The notes under the pieces were generated by a model. That model had not been told where the DNA came from, made no database searches, and saw only the letters and a list, made by a program, of their open reading frames with translations. This document shows positions 1-14,000 of a stretch of 64,000 nucleotides of DNA, piece after piece (position 1 is the first letter of the stretch; the number at the start of each line of letters is the position of its first letter). A program made the position numbers and the translations under genes. The DNA lies in the NCBI GenBank assembly GCA_905178155.1, contig CAJINV010000004.1:4706518-4770517 (forward strand), read 5' to 3'. The DNA is from Amoebophrya sp. A120. Its lineage: Eukaryota; Protista; Dinoflagellata.

Positions 1-3000
1 GAGCAAGTTGTGCTTGATCTGACCACTACCCCCACACCCAGCACCTTTTCATCAACGAGCCAAACGAAAATCGTTCTCCAGAACGACCACGGCCACAACC
101 ACTCCCGTGCCCTCCAGACCGACAACAGTGCGCGGGGCAGCATCAGTGCCATTTCCGCGCGGTCCTGGGCGATCCGAAACGATGAAGTGATGGAGTACGG
201 CTGGCGGATCGCGGAGCTGAACTTTTACGAAGACGCCGCCTGCAGCAAGAAACTGGAGCCCGTTCGCAACGTGCAGGGACCCACGGACGTGGACTACGCG
301 ACCGCGATTTCGTCTTCCATGCGAGTCGTCCCGCCAAACTGCATATGCGTTTTTGCATCCCAAGTATCGTAGTGCTGCTGGTTTTCGCATTTTTACAAAT
401 TTTCCCAAGAAAGCGAAGGTCAAAGACACAGTTTGAGTTTGTAATGGTGATGCAGGTAAGAACAATGGAATGTTGAGAATTAGTACGACTGCGATACTTC
501 TTACTTTTGCAAGGGATACTGCCCCGGCTGGAGCCCGAATGTGGAGAACAAAGCGTACGATGTATTCTGTTCAAAAACATCCCCAGTCCAGAGCTGTCAT
601 GCAGGTTTGTAATCACAGGAATGCTTGTAATGCGCATCCCCATCGAGAGGCGCTTTCCATAGTATTTTGGCATTTGTCATTCTGGAAACAGGATCAGGAG
701 ATGGATTTGTCATGCGGATGCACTTGCTAACCTGCACTACCATACAGAGAGAAACTTGTCATGCTTGACTCCCGGGGGGGACGGCGTCTTCGGGTTGATC
801 AATATGATCACCCACGCCCCCCTTGCACAGCATTGTGAATCTAATTGTAATTTGCTTGCTGTTGCTTTGTATGATTTGTATGACTCCTCATTAAAAAGCT
901 TTTGTATTATTTCGTTTCGTAATTGGCTGCAAAAGAAAAAGATCGTATGGCTTCGTATCGTCAAAGGAAAGGAGAAAAAGCTCGCATTACTTCGTATCGT
1001 ATTGCCTCCGAAGGAGCTTGATCGCAAATTCGTACGCTCCTCATGCTGAAAGGTCCGATCTTCCCTGCTGCTCCCTCCCGCGTTCCCACGTAGATATAGG
1101 TCTCTACCCTTTTACTTCCTCCTTGTCGTCTCGCTTACTTCTGGAATCCTTGTAGCGCTAGGTAGCGGATCCCGCATGGCTTGCAGGGGCAGTTGTTTCT
1201 TTTTTTTCCGTCTTGCCAGCGGGCTGATCGGGGTGGGCAGATAGATGCTAACTATAGTATACATGGTCGCCATTTGCATTTACTTTACGTTTACGGCCAT
1301 ACCTTCACAGCTTGCCGGTGCTAATTACATAGTTTTCTCTCTCGAGGCCTTCTCTCCTCGTTCCTCATTTTCTCCTTTCCCTTAACTTTTCGCTGGTCTA
1401 TCAATTATCCGGCCTTCACCCCGGGTCCCAGCTGTTCGCGTTTTTCCTCCCGGCTGCTGTGCTCCTGTGTACCAATGTTATTTATCGTTTGGGCCTTCGC
1501 TCCCGCTTTTCTAGCTATTTTACTGTACTTACTACATCCGTGTTTAAGCTCCTGTCTACCTACACACACTTTTCAACCCTTCGGGGGGGAGGCCTTCATC
1601 CCTCCTTACATATCTTCTTGTTTCTTTCTTCTTGTTTCCGTCGGTCGCGCATGTGCGATGTTACCTGCTCGGAGTCTTTTGTTTTCCATGCGACTCCGCA
1701 GCCTCCTTGCACAGGTTTGTCATGATTGTCTCTTCAAGTCTGATGACTTGATTTGGTGCACGCACATTCGAGATCGGTGGGGCGAGGGAGGGACTCAAGC
1801 CAAAAAAAAAAATTCACCTGATACACAATGTCCCGCCCGTAGTAGCACAGTCTGTTTATGTCATGCTTGACTCCCAAAACTTCTGGACTTGTGTTGCAGA
1901 CTTCCCAACTTGATCAGGGGTGGGGACGTTTTTACACAGGATGCGACGGCATGCAAAACACGTTTTGGCAGTCGCGGTGCTGCCCCTGCCGGCGGTGGGA
2001 GGCGTACCTGGGCGCGGATTTCGGGAAGCCGGTGGTGCTGCGCTGCATCGTGATCAACCAGTCGTCCAACCGCGAGTACGCCGCCCGGGCCATCGCGGTT
2101 TCGAAAGAGCAAAGCATCCCGGACCCGATCACGGGCACCTTGTGGACGGTGGTCACCTCCTTCAACGACGTGCCCCCGGGGCACTACATGGGGTTCACGG
2201 GGATCGAGGCCGGGCAGGTGTATGGAAGCGTCAGGTTTGAAATCGACAAAGTTGAAATGATTTGTCATGCATAAAATGCAAGGCATGAAGTGCCTGTCTT
2301 GCTGGCATGGCAAGTGAGGCAGATTGTGAGCCTATTTAGGGTTTGCGATAGAGCTGCTAAAGGAGCATGACAAAAGCTGTCTTCATCTGTGCCCAAACAG
2401 CATGACAAATTGGATTCCGGTGCTCCTAAAATTGATATTTACATTGCTTGACTTCCGGGTTCTGGTAACGCATACCCCCGGCGACAGGTGACCTTGACAG
2501 GTGACCTTGACAGGTGGTCGTGACAGGTAGGCGCGACAGGTGGCCGCGACAGGTGGCCGCGACTGACAGGTGAGCGCGACAGGTGAACGCCCTTCCCCCA
2601 CTAGCGTTTTGCGCACTAAGCCACTATGCGCGCGCCTGGTGTGAGGCGAGGGGCGGACGCTGTCCGCCCCGATGCCGAACACCCCTCCCCCACTAGTGCT
2701 TCGCGCACTAAGCCACTATGCGCGCGCCTGGTGTGAGGCGAGGGGCGGACGCTGTCCGCCCCGATGCCGAACACCCTTCCCCCACTAGCGCCACTAGGGA
2801 TGGGCACAAGGCCCCAGTGTGGGGACCCTGTCCCCACGCGTGGACCTTGTTTGTCATGCACCGCTTGGAAGTTGGGCTTCCAACTGGTATCGATTGTATG
2901 CATGACAAACTATTTCAACTTTGACGATTTCAAACCTGGCACATCCATAAGGTGACCCTGGACTTCATCCGCACGCCGGGGAAGCACTGCTACGGCGAGG

Positions 3001-4580
3001 TGTACGGGCCCGTGTTCCAAAACGTGCCCGACGCGATATGCAATGCAAAAGCATCGTACTAGTATAAATTGCATTACAAAAAGAAAAACAAATTAGCCCA
3101 GCATTACAAATCGAATTTGTAACGCTGTTTCACCTTGAAAAAGGGATTTCGATTTGTAATGCATAAACGCAATTACTACGAGTACGATACTTTTGCACAG
3201 GATACGCGATCTCCGCCTGCAATGTGGACTCCAGTTGCCAGGGCGTCTACGATCGCAGCTGCGACCGGCTGCCGGTCCTTGTCACGCTGGAAAAGCCCAA
3301 GGACTACGAATATTTGAAAACGTCCCTGGTGTTGAAACAGCAAGAGCCGGAGATGGGGGAGCACGACCCGAGCCGGAAGAACGTGTACTACCAGCCGGAG
3401 TTCCGGTGGGAGCTGGCCCAAAACCACATCGTGAGCGAGATGCAGTCCGCGCCCAAGGGGGCGCGGCTGGACCGGCTGGTCGTGTCCTCGTCGACCGGTG
3501 CTATCACCACCCAGGAAATCGAGAACGTGCTCCCCGCCACGCTGCCGGCCTACCCCGCGACGCTGCAGTTCAGCATGCGGCCGCTGTACAGCAGCATCCG
3601 GTTGTGCCGGCGGGACCGCCCGCTCGGGGAGACGACCGAGGGTAGCTGCGTGTTTGTGAAAACGGGCGCGCTGACCGATTTCGTGCAGCTGGGGAATTAC
3701 CAGGTGCACCTCCCCGACGCGCGCGAGATGGCCGCCGCCGCGGACATGTACGCATTGCAAAAGAATCGCGCTTCTAGGAGAAATCGCTTGACAAATTCCC
3801 TCAGCTTGAAAAACGGAATTTCAATTTGTAGTGCTTTTTAGGTTAGGAAGTCGATTTGTCATGCATAAAAGCAATTTAGTACGAATGCGATACTTTTGCG
3901 ATGCATAACATGAACCCCGACACGATTTTGGTTTACCGCGGGCGCGAAGACGACCCGGCGGTGTGTGCGGAGCGCGCGATGACCTTCAACGCCAACATCT
4001 TCGAGTTTTTGATTCGCGAGAAGGGGGTCACGGCAACGACGAATTGCAACGTATACAAGCTGCCGCCCTTTCTCCCGCCGACGGGGCTGGCGAGGACGGA
4101 CGGAGTTTTGAACATCATCGATTTGTACTACTACCGGAATCAGACCTTTGCCACCACTATCAAATGCAAAAGTGTCTGGGTCTGGAAGATTTCTAGATTT
4201 GTCATGCATATTTTCGATGACCCGTGATGTCTGTGATGCATGCCGTAGCATCACAGATTTTTAGAGCGCTTTGTGATACCTCTGCAGCGTGAGAAATACC
4301 CTTTCCGCGTAGCACGAACTACCTAGAGTCCTCTTGCTCTTGCTGGTCATGCAACACAATTTTTTTCAGAATCCAGAGACAGCATCACAAGTTTAGAATG
4401 TTCCAGACCCAGACGCTTTTGCATTTGATAACCACCACGCCGCCACCACTGCGCCTGCGCACCAGCTCCGCGCTGCGCAGCGGCGAGAGGGTCCTGCAGA
4501 ACTCGGCCTTCCGGTTTCTACTTGTCAACTTTGTCTTCGTCACGCTGGGTATCAACAGGAAAAGTGCTAATAAATGTTAA
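1..4580 (+). CDS. 5'-partial discoidin/F5-8 type C-like, Cys-rich protein with hydrophobic C-terminus (probable surface protein), split by 6 introners
   Basis: Exons 1-343, 524-562, 1949-2220, 2955-3036, 3210-3748, 3913-4157, 4436-4580 join in frame. Motifs WRIAELNFY, AYDGMQNTFWQS and AYLGADFGKPVVLRCIVINQ are discoidin-like; the tail FRFLLVNFVFVTLG is hydrophobic. Confidence 0.7.
344..518. mobile_element. Introner family B (decayed copy)
   Basis: TATGCG...TTTTGCAAGGGATA, TSD CTGCA/CTGCC; removal gives PPNC(T/P)GWSPNVENK. Confidence 0.75.
563..1943. mobile_element. Introner family D carrying a 1.1-kb nested insertion
   Basis: TATTCTGTTCAAAAACATCCCCA...TGGGGACGTTTTTACACAGGATG, TSD CGATG/CGACG; removal gives AYDGMQNTFW; 279 nt without the insert, matching other D copies. 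Confidence 0.8.
774..1858. mobile_element. Nested insertion with 17-bp target duplication
   Basis: TGTCATGCTTGACTCCC at 757-773 and 1859-1875; insert begins with G7. Confidence 0.7.
2221..2949. mobile_element. Introner family C with ~420-bp nested insertion
   Basis: TATGGAAGCGTCAGGTTTGAAATCG...CGATTTCAAACCTGGCACATCCATA, TSD AGGTG; removal gives GQVTLDFIR; homologous to 22715-23021. Confidence 0.85.
2480..2790. repeat. Tandem repeats inside nested insert: ~13-bp GACAGGTG units followed by ~2 copies of a 92-bp unit
   Basis: About 8 GACAGGT(G) units at ~2483-2585; GCGCACTAAGCCACTATG at 2611 and 2703. Confidence 0.85.
3037..3204. mobile_element. Introner family B
   Basis: TATGCAATGCAAAAGCATCGTACT...AGTACGATACTTTTGCACAGGATA, TSD CGCGA; removal gives PDAISACNVD. 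Confidence 0.9.
3749..3907. mobile_element. Introner family B
   Basis: TACGCATTGCAAAAGAATCGC...GCGATACTTTTGCGATGCATA, TSD ACATG; removal gives AADMNPDT. Confidence 0.85.
4158..4430. mobile_element. Introner family A (reverse orientation)
   Basis: ~30-bp TIR TATCAAATGCAAAAGTGTCTGGGTCTGGAA, TSD ACCAC; removal gives FATTTPPPLR. Confidence 0.9.
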
Positions 4581-5869
4581 TGCCTTTCACAGAGACCGTG
4601 ACAGATCGCAGTAATGCGTGACAGCTAAATTTTTGCGAGCACGCATGCTATGCAACATAAATTGAAGGTTGGTTCTGCATGTTAGTTTATCATGTTGATG
4701 GGTAACTGCATCGAAAATTCCGTCAACGTTAGCGCTTTTTCCTGCGATATTGAGAACGGCCTCGATGTCGGGGGCCTTTACGATCGGATGGGGATATCTG
4801 TAGGCAGGGACTGGCTCGGGGAGCAGTGCTGCTGCAATATATCAGAAATTCTTCTTTTCAGAAGCACAAGGCTGTGCCGTAGTTTGTCTCAGAGTTTCCC
4901 AGGTTCAGATTGTAAGTACGCAGATGTCACCGAAGCGAGCTCTTGTTTTATCTTTTACGATGTATCATTGTTCATCTACTTTCTTTCTCTATTGTGTTTG
5001 TTGTCTATTTCCATTTTCTACATTTGTTTCACTGACTTGCCGTTGCCCAAAGAGGAAGTTCGTCTCGACGACTTGTTGCCTTTGTGGTCTACTATGCATT
5101 TACTAGCTGCTTCCATCCTTCAAAAATGTATCTACGATTGAGTCAGAGGTACGTCTGCAATAACGGACCTCACGTTCTTTATCCTCTAAACCTTGCATAG
5201 CATAAAAGCATAAAGCATTTGCGTTTTACCATTTTCATTTTGCGATGATAAGTTCATCTTCAACATTCATTTTCATGCATTGTCATCTCCTTGGGAGGGG
5301 CCGAGCTCGGACTGTCTGTATACCAAGTTCAACACATGGACTACATTTTATTTGTACCTCACATCTTGACACACACCGGATCGCATTCTTGCACAAATAA
5401 GTTGGATCGAAAACTACTACACAAAAGACCTAAAGGTATCAACGATGCTAAGGCTAACAGGTCGTGTCGAGGCACACACGACGCCTCGACCACCCCTATT
5501 CGGCTCGTCTTCTTGTTATTTTATGTGCTCAGTTGTAACGTGAGCATGGCCATGTGTTCGCGGTGGACGGACCAAGTGGTGGTGAGTGGCGGTACTGTCT
5601 GTCTTCGTATCATGTCAGCAAACCTTCTACTCGCAAAACACGGCTTCGGCTTCACCTTCAGTTGGATCATGTCCATCGTGTCTTCTAGCTGTCCACAGCA
5701 GGCAATTACCGCAAGAACCGGAGTGTGTTGATTCTTCTCGTGTGGTGTTCGAAAAAAGAACACTACCACATTCACTTGTATGAGCGTTGCATCACCGGGC
5801 TTTCGCTTTCCTCTGTGTTGCGTCAGTGTCGTGCGTCAAGTTCGGAAGCCAGAAAAAAGCTGAATAAAA

Positions 5870-8800
5870 ATGGCCCCCGCTCCTGCACCGTCTTCCTCAG
5901 CCTCCTCCGCTGGTCCAGTGCCTTCCGCAGGTACTGGTTCTGGTGCCGGTCTATCGGCAGCTGGTGCAATGTCATCTTCGTCGTCCTCAGCATCGCCCGC
6001 TCCTGCTACACTCAGTAGCAATAGCGCGAAATCCTCGGATAATGCACGTAGCCGCGCGCTCGAGTTGGCGCAGTATGTGCACGACATCCAGAAGGAGATC
6101 GAGAAGGTCTCCGTCGAAAACAAGCGTCTGAGGACGTCGTTGCTGCAGAACCTGGAGCACCGGTACGCCCGCATCTTTCGCACGACCGACCGCGTGGCGG
6201 TCATGGCGATTTTCGCGCAGTGGAAAATCATATGGAATGCAAAAGTATTCACCGTACTCGTATGAATGCATTTTCATTTACAAATTTCCTCAGCATGAGA
6301 AACAAAATTTCTAATGCTGATTTGCCTCAAGAAAAAAATCTGTAATGCATGACTGCAATGCGAGTATGTACGATACTTTTCCACAGGATAAATCATCGCG
6401 AGTAACTGCAGCTTTCGAAAGGAACTGGCAGAAGCAGAGCAGACGTTGCGCGAGGAGAAACAGGGTAAGTTCTACTTCTATTTAAAGGCGCAATAAGTGA
6501 AGACCTTGCTGACCAGAGCACGTTGTCCTTGTCGTTGGTTTGAGTTTGTGGTCACGCTCTCGTGAAAATGAAATAAGGATGCTGGAAGTAGAACAGCAAG
6601 AAGCAAAAGCAAATGCACCTCTAGCGTTGCGTGGCACGACCACGACCATTCTTGCGGGCATGTGCGGATGAAGTAAGTAGCAGAAACGAATTGTGTGAAA
6701 ATACGAGTGTGCAATCCCAATCCTATCCGAACCAGCATCATTTTTCAGGTTACGCCGTGCACATCAAGGAGCTGGAAGAGAGCCACGAGGCCGCGCAGAG
6801 CCGCAATAAGGTGCTCGAAGAGGAACTCGCAGGTGAGATGAAAAGTTTTCAAATGCTGTCTTTTAGGAAAACAAATCGTTGTTTTTGAGAAATACAGAGC
6901 AGATACAGCAACAGTGATCTCGTCTCTCATTCTCATATTAATCTCAGTTCTTCGCGACGAGCGCGCGGCCTTGGGGCGCGAAGCAGAAACCAAGCGCCAG
7001 CGCGTGGAGGAGCTCCGTCGAGCTGTGGACAACAGCACCAGCTTCATCAGCGATGTCAAAACCAAGTTGGATAGGTACTACTTATCTTCAAGAGGAGGCA
7101 TCTATTAGAATGGAAACAACACAAGCACGAACAAGCCTGAAGACCACCAACTCTTTGACGTTCGCGACAACCATGCTGTCATGTAGTTGTAACTGTAACA
7201 CTATCAAAAGAGCAGATGCAAATGGCTTTGTATTACTATGAAATCTTACTACATTGAACCTCTTTGTTGGTCTTGTATCAGCTACCAGCCGAGCGGCCTA
7301 GTCACCAGCGCCGCTCCCCCGCAGCCGGAGCCGATGCAGCGGGAAGCGGAGTTTTTGAAGCGCGAGCTGCATTTAATCCTCCAGAAATTGGATCCCTCGC
7401 ACATCGTGCCGCCGATGAACAGTATTATGATTGATGTTTGCTGAAGACTCACTACGGTTTTCTTTTCATCCACATCATCATGTAAGTAAGTCTAAGTACA
7501 AGCAGAAGCATGTAGAGTGAGGGTAGACGGACTGGTGAGCAGCGATTGAGTGGTCTTCACCACAAGAGTCGACGTCACGAATTTGATCACTGTAAGTACC
7601 TACTGCCAGAAAACCAAAACGCTCAACATCTCTCTGCAGTTCTCCCCAGCACGGGCGGCCCAGCAGCTTTCCCCGGGCTGTCAAGTGGCGGTGGCGCCGT
7701 GCCAGGAGACCACCTTCAAGGCGGCACGCTGCAACTGGTTCCCTCCATTTCGGTTGATCGACATCAATCCACCGCGCAGCGCGGCTCTGTGCCCCGGGTC
7801 TTCACGTCTGCGCAGAATGCGGTGGCGGGGGGAGAGGTGATGTTGCAGCACCAGCAGAACAACAAGGGTGCCGTCGAAGTTGATGCCACCTGCTCGTCGA
7901 ACTCGAGCTCCTCCTCGTCGTCCACAGGAGCACTGGGTAAGAACTCCAACACGGTTTTGAAGTTGGTGAAGACTACCACCACTCCAATCGGCTTTCGCTC
8001 CCCGGTGAACACTACAACCGCTCCGTGCAGTGGTCTGAACGGAGGTGCTGGTGGAGGTTCTGGTTCTCCTACTGGTGCAACCGCAGGAGGAGCAGGTGGA
8101 CCACTTGTACCTCCTTCTGGAAGCAGTGCAGCAAGCCTGATGCCGTTCGGTGGAGCAGGACAGCAGCAACAGCAGCAGCAGCAGCATCTCGTCGCACCTT
8201 CCGTTCTACTTAACCCCAATCGGTTGTCGACCGGAGCTGCAACGACTGCCGGTTCATCTTCTTCTTCTTCTTCCAGTGGTCCTGCGGCAGCACCGCCCCT
8301 GAGGAGCAGCATCAGCCGCCAAAGCACTCCCGGTGGAACGACTGGTAGTAAGAGCAACAATAAACCTGGTACTAGTCTTCTACAACTCCAGCACCAAAAT
8401 CTCAGTGGCCATCACCAGCAGCTGCTAGGCAGCACACCTCCAGACAGTTCAAAGCGGTCTGCGTCTGGCGTGCACGCAACGGCGAGCTCACCGGAGGACT
8501 CGATCGCGTCCTCTGGCGGGGGAACGACTGCGCGAAATCCACTGTTTGCGACCACGCAGCAGCAGTTACACAAAGTAAACCAGAACGTCGTCCGCGCAGC
8601 GTCGTCCTCTGCGGTACACCAGATGCAGAGTTGTTCCAGTAAAAATTTAAGGAACAGCTTCCAACTTAATCCCCGCGGGGGCAACAATAAAATGCCATCA
8701 CCGGCGGGAGCTCCTGTAACCGGGGGCGCCCCCCCGGCGGGGAGCTCTTTCGCCAACCAGACTGGCAATTACATTGGGAGCAGCTTGCTGCAGTCAGGAG

Positions 8801-9561
8801 GGATCTACCTCAGCAAGCATTCGCCCACGACAGGAGGACCTCCACCCGGAGCTGCAGCCGGCGCGGGAGCTGTAGATCTGATGCAAGAACCGTCATCGAG
8901 CACTACAGTAACAGACCACGAGGGTTGTGCTGTAACAGGTTCTTCTAGCAGCTCCAATAACGGCGGCACGGGCCGCGCAGCCCCGGTAGACAGTTCGGGG
9001 CAAGGAACGGTGGTCAATACCGCGCTGAGCATGGGCTCCGCAAAGGATACTGATAACGTGCAAGAAAATGAAATATTCAAGACAGGTTTTGGAACTACTA
9101 CCACTGCCCCAGGAGCACCACCAGCACCATCTTCCGCTACGAAGAAGATGTTTTACCGGTCGCGCTCTCCCGATCCGCTCACGAGCGCTTTGAAGCTAAA
9201 CCATGCAGGTGGAGGAGCACCAGGTGGTCCGACATCTACTTCGAGCGCAGATTTTCAACAACGGAGCAGTAGCACGTTTCATCCGAGTGAACGGAAGTGG
9301 AAGCGAGCCGGTCTCAGTCCGACGGTGGCACCTCCGAACGGTAACTCGATGGTACAACCGCACTGGTCAACAAGAGGGGTGTCGGGGACCCGAGTCGGAG
9401 CGGGTGTGGTCGTTTCGCCCCTGGACGGTGGTGGGGCAGGAGCCGGTGTCGGTACGGCACTGAACCCACACTCCGGCCTGCTTTCGACGAAACTACCAGG
9501 ACCGAACTTCCGCTTCTCGCGCCCCCTGCTACCACAACCCTCGCCACTGCATCCGCGGTGA
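5870..9561 (+). CDS. Hypothetical protein: N-terminal coiled coil plus long Ser/Gly/Gln-rich low-complexity tail
   Basis: Approximate exons 5870-6230, 6396-6464, 6749-6832, 6948-7074, 7282-7421, 7640-9561; one introner and four GT-AG introns. Confidence 0.6.
6231..6390. mobile_element. Introner family B
   Basis: TATGGAATGCAAAAGTAT...ATACTTTTCCACAGGATA, TSD AATCA; removal gives WKIIASNCSF. Confidence 0.88.
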
Positions 9562-11073
9562 GAATGGCGGAGAAGCGTGTTTCGGTGTGTAGTTTCTTTT
9601 CGGAGAAGCACAAGGGTCCATTGTTGCGGCGCAAAAAGGCCGCCGAATGAGCCAAGCAGGTTGCCAAAAACTGCAAGTGAAATTCGATGGCTTTCCTAGC
9701 GCTCGCTGGCAAAATAGATATAAGAGTCTACTACTACAAGCTGTACTGTGCGCCGGAGCCCCTCTTTTATCCTCACGATTGAGGGTAGAAGGAGATTTCA
9801 ATTTCTGATTTACGTATTAATCACGCAGATGGATCATTCTCCGCCTTATTTGGTGCTGCAGACAAGCGAAACCGAAACGCAAGGCATTTAACACTCATAC
9901 AAAGTCAATAAGGCACGTTTTTTTCGCGGCCTTAGCAATGTCACGGAACAAGGATTTAATATAGAAATTGCAGTGCCTTCTGAAAATTATCGATGAAATT
10001 TTGTTGGTGTCATCATCGTTGTCCATCCGGAGACGAAACACGAGAGCTTTCCGCATTATTGAAGAAACGCAGGACCATGGACCAACATGCATTGAGATGA
10101 TGTTTTCTAGGCGATTATAATTTCCAGGCGAGGACGAGTCCGAGTCCCCTACTCCGCCCTTAATTTCGTAATCGTGTGGATGATTCTTCCACCCGGGCTT
10201 AATTGATTCCTTACCCCGGCAGAAGCTGTTCTCAAGATTCAATCACGCTGCGCCGGAACGTACTTGTTAAGTCACTCAAGGTCAACACCATCATGTCTTT
10301 ACCAAAGGCAAAGGAGTACGTGCAGGGAAGATGAGTAGACGGATCCTTCCTCGCGTCAAGAAGGAACACTGGCTCAGTGTTAGTCTGTCCGCGATGCATT
10401 TCCTGACCCTCGAGCCTTTTTATTGTGCTTGCAGCAGGTCAAGTAGCCATCGCAATAGCATCTTGTGAGTCCTTCCACAGAAAGTTCGCGATTCAAGTAG
10501 AATTTTTTCAGCTACTCTTTTGTCGCTGCTGTGGATCTCGCTACATCTTTACTAGTATGAATGTTTTCGGCACGAGCCAGACTTCTAGGCCAGCCAGAAA
10601 ATGAACAAAAGATCATGTCCTGTATGTAGATATGGCAAACGCGAATCAATTACGATCAGATCCAGATGCGAAAGAGCCTCAAGATCTGGTTCATCACCCT
10701 CTGCAAATGCAAGGGTGCATCAGCTTGCATCAAGTAGCGCCAGCTCTTCTATTTAAGGTTCAACTACCTAGTAGACAAATTGAAAAATCAAATCTTTCCT
10801 ATAACTAATTTTCGATCTTTTTAATGTGGAGGAGGTGCTGGCTGTTTTTTCATGCGACTCGAAGAAGATCCCTACGTAGATATCCCCTCCGCATCTGAAG
10901 TAGCATTTTTTCTCACTATTTCTTTATTGTCCACTTTTTTACCCTGATACGACCAAAAAAACCAAATCCAGTACGAGTAAGCAAGAGAAAATTGAAAAAA
11001 GTGTGAATAATTTCGACACCATTTACCGATAGAGCAATAATTACAATCGATTCACTCACCAGAAATTAGCTAA

Positions 11074-14000
11074 ATGGCGACAGCGAACGGTGGGGCGACG
11101 GCCCCTATGGATTGTAAAAATGTCTGGGTCTGGAAGAATCCAACTTGTCATGCTGATTTTGGATTCTAAAAAACTCTGTATTGCATGAGCAGCAAAGAGA
11201 GTCTCCAAGTTTTGCTACACGGAAAGAGCATTTGTCATGCGGTATAGGCATCAGGAAGCCCTCACAAAATCTGTGATGCTAGGGCATGCATCACAGACGT
11301 CAGGAGTCATGCAAAATGTGCATGACAAACCTGGCAATCTTCCAGACCCAGACACTTTTACATTTGATAGCCCCTGCGGCCCCCAAGGTGGGCGCCGAGG
11401 ATGCGGGCGCGGGCGCCGCGGCTCCGCAGCAAAATGTGTCATCGCTGTCCGAATATGCATTGCAAATAAAGCATCGTACTAGTATAAATTGCATCACAAA
11501 TTTTGGCAAGAGGGAAAGTGGAATTTGTAATGCTGTTTTCCCTTAGGAAAAACCTTTGTAATGCACATTTGCAATTAGTACGAGTACGATACTTTTGCAC
11601 AGGATACCGAAATGGAATGGAAGTCCATGGAAGTCCCACTGGAGGCCCAGACAAAAAACACTCACTTAAGCCTGCAAAAGTGGCTCGCGGACCGGGCGAG
11701 AGTCCTTGGTATTGAATTTTTTTTACCAGCACCTCGACTATGCAAAAATCGAAAGATGAGTCGATTGCTGATCATGCTGGAACTGCAACTGCATGATGTT
11801 GACGACGTGAACTGTGAAGTACAAATAACAAGTAGTTTGCATAGAAGAAAAAAGTGCTAAGTAGTTTGTTCCACTTTACTGTTCGTTGCGCTATGCCCAG
11901 GATTAATCGAACTTTAGGTATCCGCGCCAAGCAGGCGGAGGAGGATGAGGACGACGATGACGATATTTTGAGTAAAAACGTCCCCACCCCAGAGTTGTCA
12001 TGTAAATCTGCATGCCAAAAAAGTTTCTGATGCGGAGCCCCATGAGAAGCATTTTCTGGTCGTATTTTGGAATTTGTGATGCTAGAACCAGCATTATATT
12101 CTAGGTCAGTGATGCTGCTGGAGCTAGTGCAACAGGATTACACTACGGGGCCAAACTTGTCATGCCAAACACCCAAAGCTGGTTGATTTGTCTAGCAGAT
12201 TTCCCATCTTGACTCTGGTGTGGGGACGTTTTTAACCAGGATAGACGAGTCCGACGACGAGGATGGTACGCCGGCGTCCAATATCAAGTGTAAAAATGTC
12301 TGGGTCTGGAAGACTGTAGATTTGTCATGCAGATTTTCCATGGCCCATGAGGTCTGGAATGCGGGACTTTGCATGACAGACTCTGCGAGGTGTCTGCCAT
12401 GCCTATTCTGCATGAGAAACTCCGTTCCAACTTGGTCAAAAGTGGACAGCTTTTGGCACTCATGCAACACAGATTTTTGCATGCTTCAGATTTACCATGA
12501 CAAGTTGCAATCTTCCAGACCCAGACATTTTTGCAATTCATATCCAACAAGGGCAAAGCCCAAGCCACCCCGGCCCAGCAGCAGGAGGTGGAAGAGAAAA
12601 ACTGGTCGCAAGTGAACCTGGCATTCCAGGAGTCCAAGCTTTCGTGGAAGCAGAGCTTCAACCCGTACAACTTCACCAACTGGCTCTGGTGCCACGTAGT
12701 GCGATATCAAATGCAAAAATGCCTGGGTCTGGAAAAGTGGAACTTGTAATGCGTGTCATGCATTCCCGGAAAATCTGTGTTGCATGAGCAGCACAACAGA
12801 GGCTTTCTTTGTCATGCAAAAACGCAATTTGTATTTGTAATGCGTGCTAGGCATCAGCAGGCCTCTCAAATTTGTCATGCTTGGCTGCCATTGGAAGCGC
12901 TTCAACCATGCGCAATTCAGCATCACAAGTTTCCAGACCCAGACATTTTTGCATTTGATATGCGAAACCGACTAGAGGAATCCAAGGGAAACGTGGAGGA
13001 CTTTGCCGAAGGTGATCTGGAAAAAGTAGTCGAGGGCGTGCAGGATGTGCACGACATTCTCGCCGAGTTTATCCCGGCGGACCAAGTCAAGAAGGACAAG
13101 GTATTACGTGCTCACTTATGTTGTTGTCGAAGAGCTGCGCTCCGGCAAATTCATGACTTTCACATCGTTTTTTGCTTCGTATTTATAGCCTTTGTGGTCT
13201 TAAGTAAAGGTAAACTACCTGCACTTGTTTGACGGAAGATGATTCAGCGACGAGATTCTTGCAAATGTACGCGTTGTCGTTCGCAACTTGTTGTTCACTA
13301 CATCGCACGAAGCTACTATGATCTTCTACAGTATCAAAACCAAAAAAAATCAGGATAGCAAAAAGGACAAGAAGGACAAGAAGGATGACAAAAAGGACAA
13401 GAAGGACGACAAGAAGAGCAAAAAGGAGGAAAAGTCCAACTCCAAGGACGATAAGAAGGACAACAAGAAGGACGCAAAGAAAAAGAAACCGGCCGTCACG
13501 CTGAACGCGAAAGAGAAGTTGCAGGCGTCAAATTTGATCAAAGCCATGGTTTTTGGGGAGGGCAAAGCAAAGCAGAACGCGGGCTGGGCAAATTTGATCG
13601 GGGACAAAGACATCCCCTCAAACAGCCCCTGGGACTTCCAGCTGGCACAAGTGCTCTACAAGGTACAGCTTTGCCGCAAAGTAAATTTGTGGAGGTTTAG
13701 AAGTTGTGTAATGCTGCTGCGGAACGTCTGATCGTATTTTTGTAGAAGATCATGCTGAACATCAACAAAGTAGACACAGAAGGATTATCAGATGCAGTGA
13801 TATCAATCTATGATGGCCTTGAAAATTACGCATACGCACGTCGTTCTCCGTCTCCGCCAACAACGCATGATCTTATGCAATTGAAAAATCCAGGGCCTCG
13901 CCATGGAGTACCGGTTTCGCAAAAAGAAGGAGACACCGGACATGATCGCGTATTACGATCAGATGCAGTCCCTCGCAGATTCCATCAACATGGTCAGGAA

